This document shows positions 7,188 through 15,400 of a stretch of 15,400 bases of DNA, in pieces. The DNA is taken from assembly GCA_043825875.1 (NCBI GenBank), contig JBDRRF010000108.1, positions 1-15,400 on the forward strand. Reading direction: 5' to 3'. Position numbers and translations under genes: made by a program. The notes beneath the pieces were generated by a model, which was not told the DNA's origin, searched no databases, and saw only the letters and a list, made by a program, of their open reading frames with translations. The DNA is from Pseudomonadota bacterium. GTDB taxonomy: Bacteria; Desulfobacterota; Desulfobacteria; Desulfobacterales; RPRI01. The number at the start of each line of letters is the position of its first letter. Position 1 is the stretch's first letter.

Positions 7188-7493
7188 TTATTTAAATTGC
7201 CCGAGAGGTCTTTTAAAGGTATATCCTGCAGGTTCAACTACTAATTTATCCCAGGCTGCTGCAATATTTCCACCAAGAGCAGAGAAGGGGGAAGAAAGAA
7301 TAAATACAGCAGAACCTGTAGCAAGACTGACAATTCCAACCGGTCTCACCGCAACAAAGTCGGCAATCATAGCAATACCTTCATGTGTTTCCGTATTGGT
7401 GTAGTCTATTGCAAGCACCGTGGAACCGGATGATATAATTAGCAGTGCAATAATAGATAAAATCATAACAGGTTTTTTAAATGGCGTGTGCAT
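7188..7493 (-). CDS. Small exported/membrane hypothetical protein
   Basis: SD AAAGGAGA upstream of the ATG. A signal-peptide-like N-terminus is followed by the hydrophobic segment 'MIADFVAVRPVGIVSLATGSAVFILSSPFSALGGN...LVVEPAGYTFKRPLGQF', a pattern I recall from small conserved proteobacterial proteins. Confidence 0.85.
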   Translation of the reverse strand: MHTPFKKPVMILSIIALLIISSGSTVLAIDYTNTETHEGIAMIADFVAVRPVGIVSLATGSAVFILSSPFSALGGNIAAAWDKLVVEPAGYTFKRPLGQFK

Positions 7494-7695
7494 GAATTTC
7501 TCCTTTCCATTTTACACGTTTAAAAAATAAATTTTAAAAAAAACAGAGAAAGTACAGAGTATAAATAAAACAACCGCATAAAAAATCTATATCTCCATTT
7601 AAACAGGTTGCTTTTTTATCCAAATATTGTCTTACTGTAAATATAGCATACAATTTTAAAAATATTAACAATAATTATATATTTTGCAAACAAAA

Positions 7696-10146
7696 ATGTC
7701 AAACAACACTAAATATATTGATGTTGCGGTTGATTTGCCTGTATATAGCATATTCACTTACATTGTTCCCGAAGGCATACATGATGTTTTTTTACCGGGG
7801 AAAAGAGTGACTGTTCCCTTCGGGCAAAGAAACATAACAGGGTATGTGCTTTCCGAAAGTAAACATACAAGTGAATATGATGATAAAGAAATAAAACCTA
7901 TAAGAGATGTTATAGATAAAACATCTCTTTTCCCGCCTTCTATGGTACCTTTTTTAAAATGGATTGCAGATTATTATATTTATCCTATCGGTGCAGTAAT
8001 AAAAACAGCTCTTCCAGGTGGTCTTAATTCTTATGAAATTATAAAATATTCAATTACTGCTGCAGGAAAAGAAGTGCTGGATGCAAACCGGATTTTTGCC
8101 CTTGATAAAAGAGTTTTAAGCTTACTTGAAACATGCCCCTTTAGTATCAAAGGACTTTGCGGGAAACTGAATGAAAATATTTCAGCTTCACTTCTCTTTT
8201 CAATGGAAAAACGAGGCTGGATAGTAAGAGAAAAAGAAATAAAACCCGGCAAGACAAAAGCCAGGTTGGAATCATACGTATGTCTTTCCGGCGGCGGGTT
8301 GCCTGACAGCAAGTTATCATTATCACGGAAAAAGGTAATAGATTGCTTAAAAACTTATGGCGAACTGTCTCTTAAACGTTTAAAAGAATATGTTCCCAAT
8401 GCAGCAAGAGTTGTTAAAGCATTAGAAAGTGATGGATATCTTATTTTATCCAAAAAACCGGTTTATCGTGATCCTTTCGGAGAAGAAATAAGTCCGGATA
8501 TTGCTCCTGTTCCAACCCATGAACAGGAAAGTGTTATTTCCAATGTAATAAACTTTCTTGGCAAAGGCTTTTCTCCTTTTCTTCTTTCCGGAGTTACGGG
8601 AAGCGGCAAAACCGAAGTTTACATGAAACTTGCCTCCGCAGCCATTGATAAGGGGTATTCCGTTCTTGTTCTAGTGCCCGAGATAGCGCTTATATCTCAG
8701 ATAGAAAAAAGGTTCAGGGCACGTTTTGGTGAATGTGTGGCAATTTTGCACAGCGGTCTTTCTTCCGGAGAAAAATATGATCAATGGAGCAGAATAACAG
8801 ATAAAAAGACTTTGATTGCAATCGGTGCAAGATCTGCTGTTTTTGCTCCTTTAACAAACATCGGATTAATAGTAGTCGATGAAGAACATGATTCATCGTA
8901 TAAGCAGGAAGGAGGACTTAGATATAATGCACGAGATCTTGCAGTTGTCAGGGCAAAACTTGAAAACTGTATAGTACTGCTCGGTTCTGCAACTCCTTCG
9001 GTTCAGTCGTATCAAAACGTTTTATCAAATAAATTTTCAGGACTTTCTTTAACAAAGCGTATAGAAAACAGGACGCTGCCTGAAGTTAATGTTGTGGATT
9101 TAAAAAATAACCGTAACAGCCGGGGAATGAGACGGTATTTTTCACAAGAGCTTATAGATGGTATTAAAAGCACTTTGTCCCGAAAAGAACAGGTTCTGCT
9201 GTTTCTAAACCGCAGAGGTTTTGCAGGTTTTCCTGTATGTTCTGCTTGCGGAGAAGCTGTCAAATGTAAAAACTGCGATATTTCGCTTACACTTCATAAA
9301 TCAGCAAATGCATACAAATGTCATTATTGCGGTTATACAAAAGCTGCAAATTCCAAGTGCGCCAAATGCGGATCTGCTGCAATTAAACTTCTTGGGCTTG
9401 GCACGGAAAAAATTGAAGAAGCGGTTAAAACTCTTTTCCCGCAGGCCAGAGTTGCAAGGATGGATTCGGATACAACAATTCGTAAAGGCTCCGTATTAAA
9501 AATATTAAAAGATTTGAGCGAGCATAACATTGATATACTTATCGGAACCCAAATGGTTGCAAAAGGGCATGATTATCCAGGCATTACACTTGTAGGCATA
9601 ATCTGTGCGGATCTATCACTTTCTTTCCCCGATTTCAGGGCGTGCGAACGCACCTTTGGGCTTTTAGCCCAGGTCTCAGGCAGAGCAGGACGTGGAGATT
9701 CAAAAGGAAGCGTTATACTCCAGACATATAATCCGGATCATTTCACTATTCTGTCAGCAAAAAAACAGGATTTTATATCTTTTTATGAAAAAGAGATAGT
9801 TTTTCGAAAGGATTTGAATTACCCTCCATTTTCAAAAATGATTATGATCAGGCTTTCAGGCAAAGATAAGAAAAGAACCCAAGAATGTGCAAAAACTTTG
9901 GGGAAACATTGCAATGAATTGAAAAACGGGAACAAATCATTTGAAAAATCTGTAATTGTGCTTGGCCCTGTTGAAGCTTCCGTTGCCAAGGTTGCTGACC
10001 GTTACAGGTGGCAAATTCTTTTAAAAGGCTATAGTTTTAATCCCCTCCATCGGTTTGCAAAAATAATTGTCCTTGAAACAGCCAGTAAAATTTGCGGGAA
10101 AGATGTTAGTGTGGTTATTGATGTTGACCCGTATTTTATGATGTAA
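7696..10146 (+). CDS. priA: Primosomal protein N' (replication restart helicase)
   Basis: 'GKRVTVPFG', Walker A 'GVTGSGKTEVY', 'DEEHDSSYKQ', 'LGSATPS', four CxxC pairs (CSAC, CKNC, CHYC, CAKC), 'QVSGRAGR' and C-terminal 'IDVDP'. Confidence 0.98.
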   Translation: MSNNTKYIDVAVDLPVYSIFTYIVPEGIHDVFLPGKRVTVPFGQRNITGYVLSESKHTSEYDDKEIKPIRDVIDKTSLFPPSMVPFLKWIADYYIYPIGAVIKTALPGGLNSYEIIKYSITAAGKEVLDANRIFALDKRVLSLLETCPFSIKGLCGKLNENISASLLFSMEKRGWIVREKEIKPGKTKARLESYVCLSGGGLPDSKLSLSRKKVIDCLKTYGELSLKRLKEYVPNAARVVKALESDGYLILSKKPVYRDPFGEEISPDIAPVPTHEQESVISNVINFLGKGFSPFLLSGVTGSGKTEVYMKLASAAIDKGYSVLVLVPEIALISQIEKRFRARFGECVAILHSGLSSGEKYDQWSRITDKKTLIAIGARSAVFAPLTNIGLIVVDEEHDSSYKQEGGLRYNARDLAVVRAKLENCIVLLGSATPSVQSYQNVLSNKFSGLSLTKRIENRTLPEVNVVDLKNNRNSRGMRRYFSQELIDGIKSTLSRKEQVLLFLNRRGFAGFPVCSACGEAVKCKNCDISLTLHKSANAYKCHYCGYTKAANSKCAKCGSAAIKLLGLGTEKIEEAVKTLFPQARVARMDSDTTIRKGSVLKILKDLSEHNIDILIGTQMVAKGHDYPGITLVGIICADLSLSFPDFRACERTFGLLAQVSGRAGRGDSKGSVILQTYNPDHFTILSAKKQDFISFYEKEIVFRKDLNYPPFSKMIMIRLSGKDKKRTQECAKTLGKHCNELKNGNKSFEKSVIVLGPVEASVAKVADRYRWQILLKGYSFNPLHRFAKIIVLETASKICGKDVSVVIDVDPYFMM

Positions 10147-10202
10147 TAACTATAGCTATATATACCACAAATTCATAAATTAACTCTAATACGGGATTAA
10201 AT

Positions 10203-11459
10203 ATGGCAGAAGATAAAAAAGCAGTCAGAAAAACTATTAATGCTGCTTTTGAAATGAATAAAATAATGTCGCAGTATTTTTATGAAATGGATAATGCGGC
10301 AAAAACCGGAGAAAAAAAAATTGCATGGTGTTCCAGTGTTGGGCCGGCCGAAATATTAAGGGGCATGGGTTTTCTTGTATATTTTCCCGAAAATCACGGC
10401 GCAATGCTTGGCGCAACCCGTATGTCAACGGAAATGATTCCTTATGCAAATGCCCGCGGGTATTCTCCTGATATATGCTCGTATCTTACTTCTGACATAG
10501 GAGCATATATAAGAGGTTTAACACCGCTTAAAAAAGCATATGAAGGAATAGAATGCGTACCCAAACCCGATGTTCTTGTATGCAATACGAACCAGTGCAG
10601 AGATGTTCAGGACTGGTTTTTCTGGTATTCAAAAGGGTTTAATGTTCCTTTGCTTGTAGTAAACACACACAGGGGCATTAAAGATGTGAATAAATCACAT
10701 ATTGAATCTGTGGCAAGGCAATTAGAAGCTCTTATCAAACCTTTGGAAAAAATATCCGGCAAAAAATATGACGCCGACAACATGAAAAAAGCTGTAGCTC
10801 TTTCCCGTGAATGTTCCGATTTGTGGAAAAAAGTTTTAGATACAGCAGCAGCCGTTCCTTCTCCCATTACTTTTTTCGACGGCACAATTCATATGGCGCC
10901 AGCAGTAGTACTTAGGGGAACGCAACAGGCAGTCGATTACTATAAACTTCTTTACGCTGAATTAAGTCAAAGGATACAAGACAGGCAGGGTTCTCTTGAT
11001 AACGAGAAGTTCAGAATATACTGGGAAGGCATGCCCATCTGGGGCAGGCTGCGCGACCACTCCGAAATGTTTACAAGCCTTAATACAAATGTGCTTGCTT
11101 CCACATATTGCAACAGCTGGATATTCACAGATTTTGACCCCGAAGATCCTTTTACCAGTATGGCGAAAGCTTACACCAGGTTGTTTATTACAAGATCGGA
11201 TGAGGCTAAACAGGAATATATCAAGGAGATGATGGATTTCTTTAAAATCGATGGTATTATTTACCATGATGCAAAAACCTGCCCGCACAATTCCAACTGC
11301 CGCTATGGAATGCCTCAAAGGCTTGAAAAAGAAACAAAGATTCCATATCTTATAATAAACGGCGATTTAAATGATCTAAGGTGTATATCAGACGATCAGA
11401 CAACAACAAATATCGAAGCTTTTATCGAACAACTTGAGGAAAATAACCAGCATGCTTGA
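10203..11459 (+). CDS. 2-hydroxyacyl-CoA dehydratase / class I benzoyl-CoA reductase family subunit (HGD-D, Fe-S)
   Basis: 'YFPENHGA', 'GYSPDICSY', 'PKPDVLVCNTNQC', 'RIYWEGMPIW', 'IDGIIYHDAKTC', 'IPYLIINGDLND...TTNIEAFIEQL'. Confidence 0.9.
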   Translation: MAEDKKAVRKTINAAFEMNKIMSQYFYEMDNAAKTGEKKIAWCSSVGPAEILRGMGFLVYFPENHGAMLGATRMSTEMIPYANARGYSPDICSYLTSDIGAYIRGLTPLKKAYEGIECVPKPDVLVCNTNQCRDVQDWFFWYSKGFNVPLLVVNTHRGIKDVNKSHIESVARQLEALIKPLEKISGKKYDADNMKKAVALSRECSDLWKKVLDTAAAVPSPITFFDGTIHMAPAVVLRGTQQAVDYYKLLYAELSQRIQDRQGSLDNEKFRIYWEGMPIWGRLRDHSEMFTSLNTNVLASTYCNSWIFTDFDPEDPFTSMAKAYTRLFITRSDEAKQEYIKEMMDFFKIDGIIYHDAKTCPHNSNCRYGMPQRLEKETKIPYLIINGDLNDLRCISDDQTTTNIEAFIEQLEENNQHA

Positions 11460-12822
11460 CAGTTTGTTTAAACCAAAGTCAGTTGCCATAATCGGTGCAT
11501 CAGTAAAAGAACTTTCCATTGGAAACAGAATATTAAAAAACCTTGTAGATTTTGGTTATACAGGTTCAATATATCCGATAAATCCACAGGCAGATGAGAT
11601 ACAAGGCATAAGGGCATATAAAAGCATTCTGGATGTCCCCGGCGAAATAGATCTTGCTCACATTATTATTCCAAACAGGTTTGTCCCGCAGGCAGTAGAA
11701 GATTGCGGTAAAAAAGGCGTTAAATCCATTATTATAAATTCCGCAGGCTTTAAAGAAACAGGCCCTGAAGGCGAAGCTATTGAGAAGGCTTTCCTTTTAT
11801 GTGCAAAAAAATACGGCATCAGGATCTTCGGTCCCAATTGCCAGGGCATAATAAATACTGATCCGAACGTAAGGGCTTATTGTAATTTTGCATTCACAAA
11901 ACCTGAAGCCGGCTATATTTCAATAGCTGCACAAAGCGGTGGTGTGGGAGAGTTGATACACCAGGGTTTTTATGAAATGGGAATCGGAACCCACCTATAT
12001 GCATCTAATGGAAATGCCTGCGATATATCCATTACCGAAATATTAAAATACTTCGGAGATGATGCAGGAACCCGCGTTATAGTACTTTATATTGAAAGTA
12101 TTTCAGATCACAAAGCATTTGTTGAAGCTGCAAGAAAAATAGCAGAAAAAAAGCCTATTCTTGCTATGAAAGCAGGCCGTACCGGTGAAGGTGAAAAAGC
12201 AGTATATTCCCATACCGGCAGTTCGGCGGAAAAAGATATAATCACAGATATTATTTTAGAAAAAGCCGGCATCCTTGTATTTAAAAATGAAGGCGAATTA
12301 TGCCGGGCAGCAGCAGCTTTTGCTTTGCAGCCGCTTCCGAAAGGAAACCGTGTGGGAATTATTACAAACACCGGAGGTCCTGCAATTATTGCAACAGATG
12401 TGCTTATAGATTCAGGGCTTGATATACCCATGCTTTCGGAACAAGTAAGAGATTATCTGACAGAACAACTTCATCCTGAAGCTTGTGTCAATAACCCTGT
12501 TGATCTGCTTGCAACAGGATTAAGTGAACACTTTCGCATTGCAATAGAGGCAATGATAAATGAAGATCATATAGACAGTATTTTTATAAATTTTGTGACG
12601 CCCTTTTTTGTGGATACGGAAAGCATAGCTAAAGAAATTGCCAATGCCGGCAGGCAGAAGAAAAAACCGATAATATGCAATCTCATGACAGATAAAAGGC
12701 TTTGGACGGAAACCATCAAAATATTAAAAGCTGGGGGTATCCCCTGTTACAGTTTTCCTTCTGATGCCGCAGGAGCCCTTGCTGCGCTTGTGCGTTATTC
12801 CGGAGTACAGCTTGAAAGGTAA
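11452..12822 (+). CDS. Acyl-CoA synthetase (NDP-forming) alpha-type subunit (CoA-binding + ligase domains, no ATP-grasp)
   Basis: 'LFKPKSVAIIGAS', 'YPINP', 'GPNCQG', 'QSGG', phosphohistidine loop 'SHTGS', 'TNTGGP' and 'NPVDL'. ATG 11452 overlaps the end of the upstream gene (ATGCTTGA). Confidence 0.92.
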   Translation: MLDSLFKPKSVAIIGASVKELSIGNRILKNLVDFGYTGSIYPINPQADEIQGIRAYKSILDVPGEIDLAHIIIPNRFVPQAVEDCGKKGVKSIIINSAGFKETGPEGEAIEKAFLLCAKKYGIRIFGPNCQGIINTDPNVRAYCNFAFTKPEAGYISIAAQSGGVGELIHQGFYEMGIGTHLYASNGNACDISITEILKYFGDDAGTRVIVLYIESISDHKAFVEAARKIAEKKPILAMKAGRTGEGEKAVYSHTGSSAEKDIITDIILEKAGILVFKNEGELCRAAAAFALQPLPKGNRVGIITNTGGPAIIATDVLIDSGLDIPMLSEQVRDYLTEQLHPEACVNNPVDLLATGLSEHFRIAIEAMINEDHIDSIFINFVTPFFVDTESIAKEIANAGRQKKKPIICNLMTDKRLWTETIKILKAGGIPCYSFPSDAAGALAALVRYSGVQLER

Positions 12823-12868
12823 TCACAGAAAATGTGGGTGCAAATTTTGAGGAAATAGATAAATCACA

Positions 12869-13444
12869 ATGAATGCCATCTGGATTGTTCTTATTACCGT
12901 AAGTATTGTCACTGCGATCTTTACAGGAAGACTGGAAGAGCTTACAAAAGCCATTTTTGACGGAGCGAAAACTGCGGTTGAAATATCGCTTTTTCTGGCA
13001 GGCATAGTATCATTATGGCTTGGCATTACAAAGATTATAGAAGAATCAGGGCTTATTTATAAAATTTCACATTTTTTCAAGCCTGTTATTAACCGCCTGT
13101 TTAAAGCAATCCCGGAAAACCATCCTGCTGTGACATCCATCACGCTTAACATTCTGGCAAATTTCTTCGGCCTTGGAAATGCCGCAACACCGCTTGGTAT
13201 AAAAGCAATGCAGGATCTTCAGACTTTAAATGAAGACAAGGATAATCTGACATTTGAAATGATGCTTTTTATTGTACTTAATACTGCAAGCATCCAGTTT
13301 GTACCCTTTACTGTTGTAGGAATTCTTTCGGACTTTGGATCTTTGAATCCGTCCGGCATAGTATTTCCAACCATATGCGCGACATTGATATCTGCCGCTG
13401 TTGCGGTAAGCATACTTTTTCTATTTAGAAGGCTGCTAAAATGA
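12869..13444 (+). CDS. spmA: SpmA-like membrane protein (nucleoside-recognition Gate domain)
   Basis: 'LWLGITKIIEESGL', 'NILANFFGLGNAATPLGIKAMQDLQ', 'VLNTASIQFVP'. Confidence 0.92.
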   Translation: MNAIWIVLITVSIVTAIFTGRLEELTKAIFDGAKTAVEISLFLAGIVSLWLGITKIIEESGLIYKISHFFKPVINRLFKAIPENHPAVTSITLNILANFFGLGNAATPLGIKAMQDLQTLNEDKDNLTFEMMLFIVLNTASIQFVPFTVVGILSDFGSLNPSGIVFPTICATLISAAVAVSILFLFRRLLK

Positions 13445-13968
13445 AGACTATCGGTTATATCTCCCAGCTTATGATCCCGGCTTTTATTTTGTTTACGGTC
13501 TTATATGGCGCATTCAAAAAGGTGCCGGTATATGACTCCTTTGTGTCAGGAGCAAAAGAGGGAATCCAGGTAATTGTTAAAATCTTTCCGTATCTTCTTG
13601 CTATTTTCATAGCCGTCAAAGCTTTTGCAGCATCCGGCGCTTTTGATATTATCAAATCGATCTTATCCGGTCCCCTTGATATATTAGGAATTCCACCTGA
13701 AATACTTTCCGTTGCAATCATAAAACCTCTTTCAGGAAGCGCATCAACTGCCATTTTCACAGACATAGTAAACAGCACCGGCCCTGATTCACTTGCAAGT
13801 AAAATCAGCGCAGTAATTATCGGTAGCGCCGAAACCACATTTTATGTTCTTGCCGTTTATTTAGGAGCAGTAGGTATCCGCAAAACAAAATACCTGGTAC
13901 CGGTATGCGTTATCGCCGACATCGCAGGTATCATTATCGCTATAGCTATTGTGAAGATGATGATTTGA
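13441..13968 (+). CDS. spmB: SpmB-like membrane protein
   Basis: 'KVPVYDSFVSGAKEG', 'KPLSGSAS', 'GPDS', 'GSAETTFYVLAVYLGAVGIRKTKY'. It has a 4-bp ATGA overlap with spmA. Confidence 0.92.
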   Translation: MKTIGYISQLMIPAFILFTVLYGAFKKVPVYDSFVSGAKEGIQVIVKIFPYLLAIFIAVKAFAASGAFDIIKSILSGPLDILGIPPEILSVAIIKPLSGSASTAIFTDIVNSTGPDSLASKISAVIIGSAETTFYVLAVYLGAVGIRKTKYLVPVCVIADIAGIIIAIAIVKMMI

Positions 13969-14017
13969 TATCGAATTTCTTTTTTCAAAAAGTTCCTTTA
14001 AACAGAGGCGTCGAATA

Positions 14018-15400
14018 CGGTTCATCCCCACGGGTGTGGGGAACATTACACCTCAAACTGCGTATAACCTGCCATCGACGGTTCATCCCCACGGGTGTGG
14101 GGAACATGTGACCAATTGGAATGGAGAGATGAAAAATATAGGTTCATCCCCACGGGTGTGGGGAACATTCGTCATAATTACTCCACAAATAAGCCGGTAA
14201 CGGTTCATCCCCACGGGTGTGGGGAACATCATAACATTTTCGTGTTTAAATTTATTTTTCCGGTTCATCCCCACGGGTGTGGGGAACATAGAAGGTACAA
14301 CATGAAAACTGCTAAAACGATCGGTTCATCCCCACGGGTGTGGGGAACATATCCAGATCATCTCGAATATCTTTTATACGATCGGTTCATCCCCACGGGT
14401 GTGGGGAACATGCCGCTTTCGCTGAAGCTTCTGTATCGAGGAGCGGTTCATCCCCACGGGTGTGGGGAACATGAACGCAAAAAAGCCCCTGGAATGTCCA
14501 AGGGCGGTTCATCCCCACGGGTGTGGGGAACATTCCATAAACTCGTTAAAGGCATCCTCCGAAGCCGGTTCATCCCCACGGGTGTGGGGAACATACAGCC
14601 TCCCTCCATAAGATTGCTTTAGTAATCGGTTCATCCCCACGGGTGTGGGGAACATCCGCAAAGCCAACCTCTTTCTGTCCCAACAAGCGGTTCATCCCCA
14701 CGGGTGTGGGGAACATTTGATTATCAGGTACATTTGCCCTGATATTAGCGGTTCATCCCCACGGGTGTGGGGAACATGCGTGAGCATAGGCACAATCTTT
14801 AAAGAAAAACGGTTCATCCCCACGGGTGTGGGGAACATCTTTCAGCAACAATTTGTTTTCGTTTGTAACGCGGTTCATCCCCACGGGTGTGGGGAACATT
14901 CCTGAGAATGGCCTGATTTTTATTCATGAACCGGTTCATCCCCACGGGTGTGGGGAACATGTGCCGGTTCAGTTATTTATATTGGCTGATTCCGGTTCAT
15001 CCCCACGGGTGTGGGGAACATTTGTAGCGTTTGCGTTCGCTGTTTGTGGCTATCGGTTCATCCCCACGGGTGTGGGGAACATAAAGGATATCACGGTTGA
15101 AGTTCGTCGTAAAGCGGTTCATCCCCACGGGTGTGGGGAACATATCAAGACTATAAACAAATGTTGTCTTATATTCGGTTCATCCCCACGGGTGTGGGGA
15201 ACATAAAAATTAATTACGGCCCAAGAAGGGCCCGGCCGGTTCATCCCCACGGGTGTGGGGAACATTCAAGATGATACTTGTCAAAAAGAGGAAAGAACGG
15301 TTCATCCCCACGGGTGTGGGGAACATGAACATGCGAGAATATTAAAAGAAAGGGACGACGGTTCATCCCCACGGGTGTGGGGAACATTCGATGTATTCAG
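14018..15400 (-). CRISPR. CRISPR array with type I-E-like 29-bp repeat; 23 repeats and 22 complete spacers in view, continuing past the right edge
   Basis: Repeat CGGTTCATCCCCACGGGTGTGGGGAACAT starts at 14018, 14079, 14140, 14201, 14261 ... 15359, with a 61-bp period (once 60). Its reverse complement ATGTTCCCCACACCCGTGGGGATGAACCG matches the layout of the E. coli I-E repeat (GTGTTCCCC...GGGGATAAACCG), which implies minus-strand transcription. Confidence 0.99.

Noticed and set aside
8031..13838. Antisense and alternate-frame ORFs inside priA, the dehydratase, the synthetase and spmAB (similar ones overlap the Lrp gene, the chimeric regulator and gltA)
   Set aside because: They are short shadows of well-supported genes with no independent motifs.
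12869..13968. spmAB as evidence of sporulation
   Set aside because: SpmA/SpmB homologues are widespread in non-sporulating bacteria, and no other sporulation genes are present here.
14961..14992. Spacer containing CGGTTCA, the first 7 nt of the repeat
   Set aside because: The spacer has normal length and the match is short; there is no sign of a partial repeat insertion.
13861..15206. ORFs overlapping the CRISPR array (e.g. 14095-14622, 14826-15206)
   Set aside because: They are translations of the repeat (RFIPTGVGN / VHPHGCGEH / GSSPRVWGT), not proteins.
15205..15236. Spacer with partial similarity (CCGTAATTA) to the dyad near 630; possible self-targeting
   Set aside because: Only about 9 contiguous bases match, as expected by chance. 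I saw no full spacer match in the window by eye, which is not an exhaustive search.

Overview
AT-rich bacterial DNA whose gene content suggests an anaerobic deltaproteobacterium (Desulfobacterales-like; inference). The window has three zones. (1) 1-5540 is an accessory, regulator-rich block: the 5' end of a secreted or outer-membrane protein gene (- strand, not in the ORF track), a divergent intergenic region made of two 155-bp tandem units, a double-domain Lrp/AsnC regulator, a 100-bp element with 26-bp inverted arms, an unusual ~855-876 aa chimeric regulator (XRE HTH + two tandem 311-aa GNAT-like units + IS1/InsA-type Zn-ribbon-HTH with no transposase core), and a 143-bp MITE-like palindrome. 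(2) 5693-13968 holds core and metabolic genes: gltA, a small membrane protein gene, priA, one 2-hydroxyacyl-CoA dehydratase-family subunit, an alpha-only acyl-CoA synthetase (NDP-forming), and spmA/spmB. (3) 14018-15400 is a type I-E-like CRISPR array (23 repeats in view) that runs off the right edge; no cas genes are in the window. One spacer forms an intrinsic-terminator-like hairpin on the predicted transcribed strand. All family assignments come from motif recognition by eye; no database searches were run.
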